A program made the translations under genes and the position numbers. From NCBI GenBank assembly GCA_977017645.1, contig OZ360223.1, forward strand, positions 28,024,001 to 28,088,000: a stretch of DNA of 64,000 nt, in the 5' to 3' direction. This DNA is from Torpedo marmorata (taxonomy: Eukaryota). The number at the start of each line of letters is the position of its first letter. Within the stretch, counting starts at the first letter, position 1. Positions 48,745-61,248 of the stretch are shown here, piece after piece. The notes below the pieces were generated by a model. It had not been told where the DNA came from, made no database searches, and worked only from the letters and a program-made list of their open reading frames with translations.

Positions 48745-50297
48745 GGGGTTGAGGGCGACGTCAGAACATCATTCAAGAGGGTGAACCCTCGCAAGGCGTC
48801 AGGCCCTGACGGCGTACCTGGCAGGGTATTGAAAATCTGCGCCAACCAACTAGCCGGAGTGTTCACGGACATTTTCAACCTCTCATTGCGGCAGTCAGAG
48901 GTTCCCACCTGCTTCAAAAGGGCATCAATCATCCCGGTACCCAAGAAGAGCAGTGTGAGCTGCCTCAACGACTACCGCCCAGTAGCACTAACTTCTACTG
49001 TGATTAAATGCTTTGAGAGGCTGGTCATGGACAGAATTAACACATACCTAAGCAAAGATCTGGACCCACTGCAATTCGCCTATCGCCACAATCGCTCCAC
49101 AGCAGATGCAATATCGCTGGCTCTCCACTCAGCTCTGGATCACCTCGAAAACAGCAATTCATACATACGGTTGCTCTTCAACGACTACAGCTCGGCCTTC
49201 AATACCATTATTCCCTCAGTGCTGGTCAAGAGACTACAAACTCTAGGCCTCTGTACCCGCCTCTGCAACTGGATCCTTGACTTTCTCATTGGAAGACCAC
49301 AGTCAGTACGAATTGGAAATAACGTCTCCTCCTCACTGATTATCAACACAGGCGCACCCCAAGGATGCGTGCTTAGTCCACTGCTCTACTTGTTATACAC
49401 TCATGACTGTGTGGCCAGGCACAATTCCAATGCCATCTACAAGTTTGCCGATGACACCACAGTTGTCGGCAGAATTACAAATGGAAATGAGGAAGCATAC
49501 AGGAGGGAGATAGATCAGCTCGTTGAATGGTGTAATGACAACAACCTTGAGCTCAACGTCAGCAAAACCAAGGAGATGATTGTGGACTTCCGGAGGAAGT
49601 CAGGGGAACACGACCCAGTCCTCATCGAGGGCTCAGTAGTGGAGAGGATCAAGAACTTCAAATTCCTGGGTGTCAACATCTCCGAGGATCTGTCCTGGAG
49701 CATCCACGTGGATGCAATCACAAAGAAGGCTCGTCAGCGGCTATACATTGTGAGGTGTTTGCGGAGATTCGGTATGTCACCAAAGACTCTTGTAAACTTC
49801 TACAGGTGTACCGTGGAGAGCATTCTGGCTGGTTGCATCACTGCCTGGTATGACGGCGCCAACTCCCAGGACAAGAGTAAACTCCAGAAGGTTGTTAACT
49901 CGGCCTGTGATATCACAGGCACCAAACTTCACTCGATCGAGGACATCTGCATGAGGCGGTGTCTTAAAAAAGCAGCCTCTATCCTCAAGGACCCCCACCA
50001 CCCAGGCCATGCCCTCTTCACTCTACTTCCATCGGGGAAAAGGTACAGGAGCCTAAAGACGAGCACTCAACGGCACAAGGACAGCTTCTTCCCCGCTGCC
50101 ATCAGATTCCTGAATAATCAATGAACCAAAGACACTACCTTACTTTTCGTGCACTATTGTTTATAATTTTGTATAGTAATGTCGTTAGATGGTTAATATG
50201 AATGTTAATTGCACTATGATGCTGCCGCAAAACACCGAATTTCATGACTTGTTCACGACAATAAATTCTGATTCTGATTCTGATTCTGATTCTGATT
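48745..50297 (+). mobile_element. Young 5'-truncated Rex1/Babar LINE with uninterrupted RT C-terminal ORF (to 50124)
   Basis: 465-aa ORF: [37 protein letters not shown]; GACAATAAA plus (ATTCTG)n tail. Confidence 0.95.
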
Positions 50298-50477
50298 TCC
50301 TGTCATACAGACCGCAATCAGTGGAGATGGGTAACAACATCTCCTCCAAAATCACACTCAACACCATTGCTCCTCAAGGACGTGTACTCAGTCCCTTACT
50401 ATACTCCCTCAACACCCACGACTGTACAGCTAAATACCATTACAATTCCATCTTCAAATTTGCTGACAACACAACAA

Positions 50478-52012
50478 GAGATTTCAGATTTGTCAGAGTA
50501 CATACAACCCTGAGATTCTTTTTTCTGCAGACGAGGCAGAATTACCACTTACTGGCAGTGCAAACAAACTGTGCACAATGTACACATGTAAACAAATAAA
50601 GAACTGTAAACAGATAATGAATGTAAACAAACTGTGCAATACAGAGAGAATAAAAAAATCAATAAAGTCCACAAGTAAGAGTCCTTAAATGAGTCCCTGA
50701 TTCAGTTTGTTGTTGAGGAGTAGCAGCTGTTCCTGAACCTGGTGGTGCGAGTCTTGTGGCACCTATACCTCTTTCCAGATGGCAGCAGCGAGAACAGAGC
50801 GTGTGCTGGGTGGTGTGGATCCTTGTGATTGCTGCTGCTCTCCGACGACAGCGTTCCCTGGAGATGTTCTCGATAGTGGGGAGGGTTTTGCCTGTGATGT
50901 CGTGGGCTGTGTCCTCTACATTTTGGAGGGCTTTACGCTCAGGGGTATTTGTGTCCCCAAACCAGACCGTGATGTAGCTGGTCAGCACACTTTCCACCAC
51001 ACATCTGTAGAAATTTGCCAGGGTTTCTGGTGTCATACCAAACCTCTGCAAACTCCTGAGGAAGTAGAAGCACTGACGTGCTTTCTTCATGATGCCATTA
51101 GTGTGTTGGGTCCAGGAAAGATCCTCCGAGATAGTGACTCCCAAGAACTTAAATTTGCTCACCCTCTCCACCTCTGATCCCCCAATGATCACTGGATTGT
51201 ATACCTCTGGTTTTCACTTCCTGAAGTCAACAATCAGCTCCTTGGTTTTGGTGACATTGAGTGCAAGGTTATTGTTGGTGCACCATTCGGCCAATCCTAT
51301 ATCCTGACATCGCATTTCTTTATACAACCCACTACCGTGGTATCATTGGAAAATGTGTAGATGGTGTTATTGTCGTACCGCACCACTCAGTCATCGGTGT
51401 AAAGTGAGTAGAGCAGGGGGCTAAGAATGCAGCCCTGTGGTGCTCCGCTACTGATGGAGATTGTGGAGGAGATGTTCTTACCAATCCTCGCTGATTGTGG
51501 TCTGGAGGTGAGGAAATCCATGATCCAATTACACAGTGGTGTGTGGAGACCCAGGTCTTGGAGTTTGCTGATCAGTTTTGAGGGGATGATGGTGTTAAAT
51601 GCCGAACTGTCGTTGATAAAAAGCATCTTGATTAATGCATCTTTGCTGACCAGGTGTTCCAGGGCTTTGTGTAGAGCCAGTGAGATGGCATCTGCCGTAG
51701 ACCTGTGGCTACGATAGATGAACTGGAACGTATTCATGTTGCCACTCAGACAGGAGCTGATATGCTTCATCACCAGCCTTTCAAAACACTTCATCACTGT
51801 TGATTTAAGTGCTACTGGTCGATAGTCTTAAGGCAGGTTACTACGCACTTCTTGGGCACCGACCGGTATGATTGACGCCTGTTTGAAATGGGTGGGTACC
51901 ACTCTCTGCCGGAGTGAGATGTTGAAGATATTCGTGAATACATTGGTAAGTTGGTCAGCACCGGTTTTTAATACTCGGCCAGGTGCTCTATCCAGACCGG
52001 ATGCTTTCCTCT
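50478..52012 (-). mobile_element. Rex1/Babar LINE, 5'-truncated, disrupted
   Basis: [33 protein letters not shown] on minus strand; tail near 50478. Confidence 0.9.
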
Positions 52013-52189
52013 CCTGAAGGCAGGCTGAAGTAGTGAGCTTGGTATCAAATAATGCTGAGACAGAATATAGGAAAGCGAATGAAAGTCTATTGGCATGGTG
52101 CTAAGATAACAACCTCTCAATGTCAATAAGATGAAGGAGATTATTATTGTCTTCAGGAGAGGGGGTAGAGTCCAGACCTCAGACCATAC

Positions 52190-52661
52190 ACTGTACTGGC
52201 CGGCTACATCGCAGTGTGGTACAGTTGCTGTAGAGAATTAGATCAGAGGTCAATCCACATGACCATAAGCGCAGCAGTGAGGTTCACTGGGGTCTCCCTC
52301 CCCCTCATCGATGTGATCTACCGGATTGTTGTCTGAGGAGGGCGCGCAAAATCATTGAGGACCCCTACCACCCCGCATCATCTTTCAGCTACTCCCATTG
52401 GGAAAGAGATACAGGAGTACCAGAGCCAGTACCACCAGGCTGAGAAACAGCTTCTTCCTATGGGCAGTGAGAATGCTGAATGACTAATGAACTGCTCACA
52501 CTAATCCTCCATTATTTATTAAACAATATTTATTTATATGTATACATGTATATTTGTTCTGCAGATGTATGTCTGGTTTTGTGTTTGCATGTTTTTGCAC
52601 TGAGAATACTGTTTTGTCAGGTTGTACTTGTACAATCGGATGATAAATAAACTTGAACTTG
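52190..52661 (+). mobile_element. Rex1-type LINE 3' fragment (same family as 39803-40492)
   Basis: Near-identical 3' coding end; ATAAA plus (CTTGAA)n tail. Confidence 0.8.
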
Positions 52662-52727
52662 ATGTTAGTGGTACTGAGGTTGAAAGAATAGATAGCTTCA
52701 AGTTCTTAGGAATAAATATCTCCAGTG

Positions 52728-55700
52728 ACATAGAATATGACAGGTCAGTAAAAGCCGTTTGGCGCTCGATGTTGTGCCAACCCATATATTCCTACCAAAA
52801 GAAAAATCTAAACCCTTACTGCCTCATAACCCTCTATTTATCTTTCAATGTGCTGTCTAAGTCTCTTAAATGCCTCTAATGTTTCAGCCTCCACCGCCAT
52901 CCCTGGCAAGGCATTCCAGGCACCAACAAGTCTCTATAAAAAAATTTTTAAAACAAAAAGCTTACACCTGATGTCTCCCCTAAAGTTTCCTCCCTTCACT
53001 TTTTTAGAGATGTCCCCTGGTGTTTGCTATTCCCACCCTGAGATAAAGGCGCTGGCTGTCCACCTTATCTATGTCTCTCAGAATCTTGCAGACCTCTATT
53101 AAGTCTCCTCTCTTTTCTTCTTCCCTCCAAAGAGAAAAGTCCCAGCTCTGCTAACCTTGCATCATAAGTCTTATTTTCCAATCCAGGCAATATCCTGGTA
53201 AAGCTCCTCTGCACCCTCTCCATAGCTTCCACATCCTTCCTACAATGAGGTGACCAGAACTGAACACAATACTCTAAGTGTGGTCTCACCAGAGATTTGT
53301 GGAGTTGCAACATGATCTCTTGACTCTTGAACTCAATCCCCTATTAATGAAGCCCAGCATCCCATAGGCCTTCTTAACTATCCTATCAACCTACGCGGCA
53401 AACTTGAGAGATGCATGGATTTGGACTCCAAGGTCCCTCTGTTTCTCCACACTGTTAAGTAACCGACCATTAACAGTACTCAGCCTTCTGGTTTGACCTT
53501 CCAAAATGCCACACCTCTCACTTATCCGGATTGAACTCTATCTGTCTCTTTTCCGTCCATCTCAGCATCCTTTTGTAACCTATGACAACCTTCAGCACTA
53601 TCCACAACTCCTCCAACCTTCGTATCATCTGAAAACTTGATGACTTCATCTAGGTCATTTATAAAAATCACAAAGAGCAGGGGTTCCAGGACAGATCCCT
53701 GCAGAACTCCACTAGTCACCGACCTCCAGGCAGAACTTTCCTTCCACTACTACTCTCTGCTTTCTACATGCAAGCCAATTTTTAATCCACAAAGCCAAGG
53801 TTCCATGGATCCCATGCCTCATGACTTTCTGAACGAGTCTCTCATGGGGGACCTTGTCAAATGCCTTACTAAAATCCATGTAGACCACATCTACCACTCT
53901 ACCTTCATCAATTTCTTTTGTTACCTTCTCAAAAAACGCAATTAGGCTCGTGAGGCATGACCTTCCCTTCACAAAGCCATGCTGACTATCTTTGAGTGGA
54001 CTGTACTTCTCCAAATGCTCATAAATCCTATCCTTAAGAATCCTCTCCAATAGTTTGCACACCACTGACGCAAGGCTCACCGGTCAATAATGCCCACTTC
54101 GAGCTCTCCTAAATCCTTTCTTAAGTTCCCTCCTGGATATCATATAATTCTCATGAACCCTTCCTGTTTCCTGCTTCCTAAATCTATTGTATGCTCTCTT
54201 CTTCCTCTTAACTAGCTGCCTCACCTGTTTTGTCAACCACGGTTCCCTTTTCCTACCATCTTTTCCTTATTTCAGTGGGACAAACCTATCCTGAACCCAG
54301 TGCAAGTGGTCCCTATACATCTTCCCCATTACTTCTGTGCTTTCTCCCGTAAACATCTGTTCCCAATTTACTCTCCTTAGTTCCTGCCTCATCCCATCAT
54401 AATTGGCCCTTCCCCAATTGAACACTTTCCCATTTTGTCTGGTTTTATCCTTGTCCATAGCTATGCTAAAACTCAGGGAGTTGTGGTCACTATCATCAAA
54501 ATACTCCCCCACCGAGAGGTCCGCCACCTGACCAGGTTCATTGCCCAGTACTAGATCCAGTATGGCCCCTTCTCGAGTTGGCTGTTCCACATGCTGTGTC
54601 AGGAATCCTTGCACACACCTGACAAATTCTGCCCAATCTATCCCTCTTGCAATCAGGAGGTGCCAGTCAACATTAGGGAAGTTGAAGTCTCCCATGACAA
54701 CAACCCTGTAATTTCTGCACAATTCCAAACTCTGCCTGCTTATCTGTTCCTCGGTGCCCCGAGGGCTATTTAGTGGCCTATAGATTACTCCCAGTACAGT
54801 GATTGCTCCCTTTCTATTTCTGACTTCCACCCACACCGACTCAGTAGACACTCCCTCTGCAGTGTCCTCCCTTTCTACAGCCGTGATACTATCCCTGACC
54901 AGTAATGCTACTACCCCCCCCTTCCCCCCCACCTCTGACCTCCCATCCTGTTCCTTTTAAAAGACCTAAACCCCGGTACCTGCATCAGCCAATCCCGTCC
55001 TTCCACCAGCCAAGTCTCTGTAATGGCCACATCATCATAATTCCATGTACTGATTCATGCTCTAAGTTCATCTCCCTTATTCCTAATATTCCTAGCGTTG
55101 AAATAGACATATTTCAAACCCTTTAACTGACTACATTTATGTTTCATCCCCTGCCTGTCCTTCCTCACAAACTCACAACACATTGCATCATGCTTTTCAC
55201 CTTCTGCCCTATTCTTTGCACTCACATTCTGGTTCCCACCCCCTTGTCAAACTTGTTTAAACCCTCCTCAACAGCTCTAGCAAACCTGCCTGCCAAGATA
55301 TTGGTCCTTCTCCAGTTCAGGTGCAGCCTGTCCTTTTTGTACAAGTCAGACATTCCCCAAAAGAGATCCCAATGATCCACAAATTTAAACCCCTGCCCTC
55401 TGCACCATCTCTTCAGCCACGCATTCATCTGCCACAACTTCCTATTGCTACCCTCATTGGCGTGTGACACAGGCAGCAATCTCAAGATTACCACCCTTGA
55501 GGTCCTGCTTCCTTCCTCACTCCCTATGTTCCCTCTTCAGGACCTCATTCCTACTCCTATCTATGTCTTTGGTACCAACGTGGACCACGACAGCTGGCTG
55601 CTCACCCTCCTGCTTGAGAATGTTGTGGACTCTATCAGAGATGTCCCTGATCCTGGCACCTGGGAGGCAACATACCATCCGGGCGCCTCGATCTCGTTCA

Positions 55701-56350
55701 CAGAACCTCCTATCTGTTCGCCTAACTAGTGAATCCCCAATCACTATCGCTCTCCTCTTCTCCCCCCTTCCCTTCTGAGCTGAAGGGCCTGACTCTGTGC
55801 CAGAGACCTGACCACTATGACTTGTCCCTGATATATCGTTTCCCCCCACAACAGTATCCAAAACGGTATACTTATTGATGAGAGGAATGGCCAGAGGGGT
55901 GCTATGTACTGACTGCCTATTCACCTTCCTTTCCTAACAATCACCCAGCTACCTGCCTCCTGACTTTTGAGGGTGACTTTCTCCCTGAAGCTCCTGTCTA
56001 TCACCCCCTCTGCCTCACGAATAATCCAGAGTTCATCCAGCTCCTTATCTCAGTCTGTCAGGAGCTGCAGCTGGATGTACCTCTTGCAGGTATAGTCATC
56101 AGGGACATTTGTGCTGTCCCAGATTTCCCACATCCTTCATTCGGAGCATTCCACTGCCCCAGCTGCCGTCTCTATTACCTATTCTTTGTTTTCTGCAACG
56201 ATCTTACCTGGCATTAGCTTACCTGAAAAGCTCGTCCTCGGCCTTTCGAGCCAAAGCCTCAAAGTCCCACTCCTACACTGCACCACTTGAGTAAAGCCTC
56301 GAAGTCCCACTCCTACACTGGGCCACTCACACACTGGCCACTCTACACTG
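52728..56350 (-). mobile_element. CR1 LINE with internal deletions (ORF1 esterase, ORF2 fragments)
   Basis: IVIGDSLV..CCLPGARI, GDFNFP, YMDFSKAFDKVPH, LVRPHLEYCVQFWSP. Confidence 0.9.
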
Positions 56351-56636
56351 ACCTGATGTGACACAATCGCATTGACATGACGGTCAAGAAAGCACTCTAC
56401 TTTATTGGAAGACAAAGTTCAATGTATCCCCCCTTGATCCTCAACAACTTCTACAGGTACACTATTGAACGCATACTTGCTGGATGCATCACAGCGGAGT
56501 CTGGGTGCTGCTCTGCTCAAGATCGGAAGAAGCTACAGAAGGTAATGAACACAGCTCAGAACATAATGTAAACCCCTCCCCTCCATGGACTCCATCTGCA
56601 TCTCCTGCTGATTAGGAAAGGCAACCATCATACTGT

Positions 56637-57038
56637 CGGGGGACTCACAACGGGCTGCGGACTGCTGGAGGTTGGCTCGAACTGGCTGGAGGAGTACCAG
56701 GTATCGGAACCGGGATGTGAGGGGGTGCCGAGGGCGACCTGACCGTGTTGGAGGTTCGGATCTGGAGCTCGGGATGCCGATGGTTTGGACTGGACTCTGT
56801 GTGGCTGCGGAAGCGCTGGAGGCGAATCTATGGACACTCGGTGACTCTGGGGGGATTCTCTTTTGCTTCCCTTTCTCTGACTGTAAGGAATGTTAGAGGC
56901 GCTTAGGCAATTTCTGCCGATGGCGAATCTGTCTGCCTTGCAGCAGGCAAAAAGAAATTTTGTGGTATATGACACTGTCTTATTGCTGTGACAATAAATT
57001 GAATCTTGAATCTTGAATCTTGAATCTTGAATCTTGAA
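56637..57038 (+). mobile_element. Non-coding SINE-like retroposon with (GAATCTT)n tail
   Basis: GTGACAATAAA followed by 5 or more copies of GAATCTT; interrupts the old Rex1 copy. Confidence 0.75.
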
Positions 57039-57764
57039 AGACCTATCACACCTTGGACACAGTCTCTTCACCCTCCTCCCATCAGGAGAAGGCTTAAGAA
57101 AGTGAGGCTTAAAGACAGTTCCCTGCAGCCATCAGGCTCCGGAATAAACCCCATAAAATTGCTATCATGCTGCCCTTGGCGTGAATTAATCTTGCTTTTC
57201 ATTTTAATGCTATACTTTAAATTATTGTTCTTTACATGGTTGTATGTATTGTTAGAAATAATCTGTTGGTCTGAAGGCAGAACTCTTCTTGCTGTCCTAG
57301 GTATTTTGTGACAAATAAAATTGAACTGAAACATCTGAGAATTTTCAACTTTCCTTATTTGGGAAGAGATCTTTGTTCATCTCCTACAAGATAAAGGTGG
57401 CAGGTTGAAGTTAACAGTAGGAACTCTACATTTCATTGGGCTAGTTGACATTTTACATGGGCTATTAAGCTGACTGAACTAGGAGGTACTGATCTCCAGA
57501 TGGACAACCAACTCCCTCCCCAAAGGAACTCAGAAAGGTCCAAATTGTTACCTTCATTTAAGGATTAAGGAAGATATCACTGGAGTTCAACACAGAAGTC
57601 AGGGCAATTGTACCTCCATCACCTTCATGGACCATTTCAGATCACATTCTGAAATGGCCATGTGGTTTCAAAAATAATTCTACTGTATCTTGCTTCTTCT
57701 GGAAGTTTTAGTGGATGACATGCACATTATGTTAATTTTCATTTTAATACCTCAAGTAACAAAT

Positions 57765-57910
57765 GAGTAGTGTTTAAGAGGCTTCTGGATGGACACATAA
57801 ATATTCAGGGATCGAGGGATATGTCTAATGTGCAAGCAGCAGAACCTTAGTTTAGTTTGATGATCAAATTAAACAGTGTGCTGAAGGGCCTGTTCTTGTG
57901 CTATGTTCAA
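57765..57910 (+). mobile_element. Degraded CR1 3' tail fragment
   Basis: TTTAAGAGGCTTCTGGAT..GAAGGGCCTGTTCTTGTGCTATGTTC. Confidence 0.6.
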
Positions 57911-58290
57911 TAAAACTGATTTTTACTGAAAAGTTTCTGCAAACATTCAGTGCAAGAGAAAGGTGGAAACAATCCATATAGAATTGATTGATAGCAATTT
58001 TATGCTAAAGCCTCACTAATGAAGAATATTCTCAATTATTACTTCCACTTTTCAGATTTGTCTTCCAAAACCCTCTGGTCACTTCCATTAGCCAAAAATT
58101 CAATGCCAAAAATAATATTCTGTATTCTTCCTAGATCTGCACCAATGGCATAAAAACATTAAAATGTTGATTTAGTACAGCCCAATATCAACTGATATTG
58201 GCTGAGATTACTGGAATTTCATAGGAATGTTCTTTGTAAAATACTTTGTATTTTTCTCACTGAGAGCTTTGCTGCACTTGAACAAAATGT

Positions 58291-58301
58291 TATATATATA
58301 T

Positions 58302-58342
<41 letters not shown>
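58291..58342. repeat. (TA)n microsatellite
   Basis: Direct observation. Confidence 0.95.
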
Positions 58343-58345
<3 letters not shown>

Positions 58346-58671
58346 CACCCCAAGTGACTCCATCTCAGCTTTTATCTCATAATCTTGTTCATTTTGCTCC
58401 AACCTGTTCTGTATACCTCATATCTATTCTACAATTCTTACACATTTGTGTATTTTTTGCAGCCTTATTTCCCTCTTCTTCTGACAATTATTTTCAACTT
58501 GCACAGTACATGTGACACTATGATTAAATTATTATATTTTAATAGTTGTGTAAACAATGGGCTATTTGCATGATTTCTATTGAATATTTCAGACTGATTA
58601 ACTCACAAATTACTGGCAACTTTTTGTACATTATGCTTGACTCATGGAATTTACTAAAAGCATATACCTTT

Positions 58672-58897
58672 AGCTGCGGCACGGTTGGCGTAGAGGTTAG
58701 CAACGCCTTTACAGCGCCAGCAATCGGGACCGGGGTTCGAATCCCACGCTGTCTGTAAGGAGTTTGTATGTTCTCCCCGTGTCTGCAGGGGTTTTCCCCG
58801 GGGGCTCCGGTTTCCTCCCACTATTCGAAATCTACTGGGGGTGTAGGTTAATTGGGTGTAAATTGGGCGGCATGTATGTCTAAATTTAAATTTAAAA
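58672..58897 (+). mobile_element. tRNA-derived V-SINE (HE1-like)
   Basis: A-box TGGCGTAGAGG, B-box GGTTCGAATCC, V-domain AGTTTGTATGTTCTCCCCGTGTCTGC..GCTCCGGTTTCCTCCCA, (TTTAAA)n tail. Confidence 0.85.
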
Positions 58898-60054
58898 CAT
58901 TTTTAAATTTAATTCAAAATTATGCCAATTGTACTGACATTTAAATAAAACAACAAATGATTGCTCTAGAGTTGTGCCGTTTATCTCCAAGCAAACAGAC
59001 AAGCAGACAGAATGTGTTAGGTTGAGTTAAATTTCTGTTACCACAACTGTTTGCTAACCCTGTGGGTACATGGATAAATAAAAGATCCACAATGTTGTGA
59101 AAAAAAACTATTTTTGCTGAAGTAGGAATTACCAAAGTAAATTTAGCAGTTGAAATTCCATGTAACTGCATAAACCAAATGGGTGCTGGTCTATCAGTGT
59201 CCAGTGGACACCTTTTGCACTACTGTATCATTTCTGCATTTGAATTAGTAGGTTTAACAGGTTTGTTAAAATAATATTCTTCAGTTTTGGACCCTGAGAA
59301 TTGGTGGCAAATGAGCATTTGAGAAGATGGCAATGAGTTATCTTCGTTAACCGTTGCATTAATTCGAGTGAGATAACTCCCATAATGTCATTATGTGAAT
59401 GCAACAATGTTGAAGGAATGGTAATATATTTCTTACGTTAAGGTGATGAGTGATTTAGAAGGAAATCTGCAGATAATGGTGTTCCCATTGAGCCTGCTGA
59501 CTTTGTCACTAATGGTAAAGCTTAAAGATTTTATAGGTGTTATCAGTGTATTGCAATTTCTGCTCATATATCACTGACACTATCTTTGACAAGTTAAAAT
59601 TTAATGGCCACAGGTTCCAACAATTGTGTAACAGAACTGTTGTGATTATCATTTGCCCATGCAATCTCAAAACGAAGATGATCAATGATAAGCTTTTGTT
59701 TTCTAGCATTTGTTCAAATAATTGAAAGATGAGCAGAAAGTTTCATGATTTAGTATTTAAAATTCTACAGTATTAAATGATATGAAACGAGGAGCACTGA
59801 AGACCCCAAAGACTAGAAATTAGATTGTGCAGCTCTCTTAAGCACAACGTAATCAAAAATTGCTTTCTACCTAAAATAGACATCAGAATCAAATTAGCAA
59901 TCATTTTCAGGTCACAATCATACGAATTGCAAAATTGTTCAAACACTTCCACGTGTAATCCACATTACTGCACCTAACATGTCCTTGTGTCAAGTTTGTA
60001 TCTAATAGAACAAAGCACACCTGCATTGACAAGTTGCTGCTCAATGCTCTACAC

Positions 60055-60262
60055 CAGCCATTCTCAACCATTTTTTGGCTATGGCCCTCATAGGATTCTG
60101 TTCAAAGTTTGAGTCCCCTTCCCTGTGAAGCAGTCAAGTTTAGCTGATTTCTTCTGCACTTCTATTCTACTGACTACATAAAAAAACAAAAAATATTTTA
60201 TGAATTCAGTCCATGGCCCTCAAATGTTCTGTAGCCCCCAGGGGACCCGTTGAGAATGGCTG
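60055..60262. mobile_element. hAT-type MITE
   Basis: Perfect 14-bp TIR CAGCCATTCTCAAC / GTTGAGAATGGCTG; 8-bp TSD CTCTACAC/CTCTACTA. Confidence 0.85.
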
Positions 60263-61248
60263 CTCTACTAGACAATGACAATCGTGGAACCATCTCCGAT
60301 ATTTATGTCTTTGCTTTTCAAGCAAGTATTTTTTCCAACTTTAAGCTGCTCCTCTAATGGTTTTCTTGGTGATCACACTGTTGCCAACATTCCATTTTGG
60401 GAAGAATTTGGGACCGATGTGCTGGGCCACAGAGGGATGAGAGGGCCTCAGGGCAGAAGGTGAAGGTGTGCTCAATAGTGAAGACCCTATTTCCAGAATC
60501 TACGGAGATGCCACATCCTACTTGGATCTATCAGAGAAGCAATGTATTTGCATGCTTTGGTTTTCCAAGTCATCGTAGGTAAAAAGTTTGAAAGGAAGTT
60601 CAACTGCAATCTGACATTCTCTGCTGTGATGGTCAGGGCAAGTGTGACTCCATTTCCTGACTACTAGATTGTTTTTGCAGGGGTATTTCATATTTCTTCA
60701 TTTGCTGCTTATCCCAGCATTTGAGACCTTTAAGGAACATTGCTCAAACAAAAATAATTTAAATCCACCTTTGACTTTGGTGAAAGAGTAGCACTTTCGG
60801 CACTTGGATTGGACAACATTGACTTCCTATTAGTACAGACGTCCAAAAGGCACTGTGTTTTCATCAAAGCTTTTCCAACTGTTCAGCTGTTGCATTGAGA
60901 AGAATTGCATTGTAAATGTAATGTTTTCCAGTAGTTCCACTCCTTTATCTTGAGAATATCTGCATTGCTTGTTTTTTTTCAACAATATGTAGCATTTGCG
61001 CAGATAATAGTTACCTCAAAAGTTTAGATACTAGTTGAGATCTTGAATGCTTTGGGCTGCTCTTCAATGTTGTTGGTGGCTATTTGCTATTGCACCCAAT
61101 TTACCTGAGAGAAACAGTCACCCTGATTTATTAAGGGACCTCATTCATTGTACAGATATTTTTCCGATATATCTACATTTTAAACCATTGCAGCAACTCA
61201 CTTTTAAGTTACATAGTGAGGAAGAAGTGATGAAGTATCATGCACATA

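Larger units (their letters stand above)
50298..57330 (+). mobile_element. Old Rex1/Babar LINE in five pieces (50298-50472, 52029-52180, 52662-52727, ~56352-56636, 57039-57330)
   Basis: Collinear motifs FKFADNTT | VVSLVSNN | VERIDSFKFLGINIS | NFYRYTIERILAGCIT | tail GTGACAAATAAA. Confidence 0.75.

Noticed and set aside
58056-58153. Possible next CFAP20DC exon after ttttcag
   Set aside because: The required frame hits a stop before any donor and shows no similarity to the expected HIAFGSKV-like peptide.
58675-58750. tRNA gene (also ~30260-30300)
   Set aside because: A/B boxes belong to V-SINE heads; no complete cloverleaf and followed by the V-domain.
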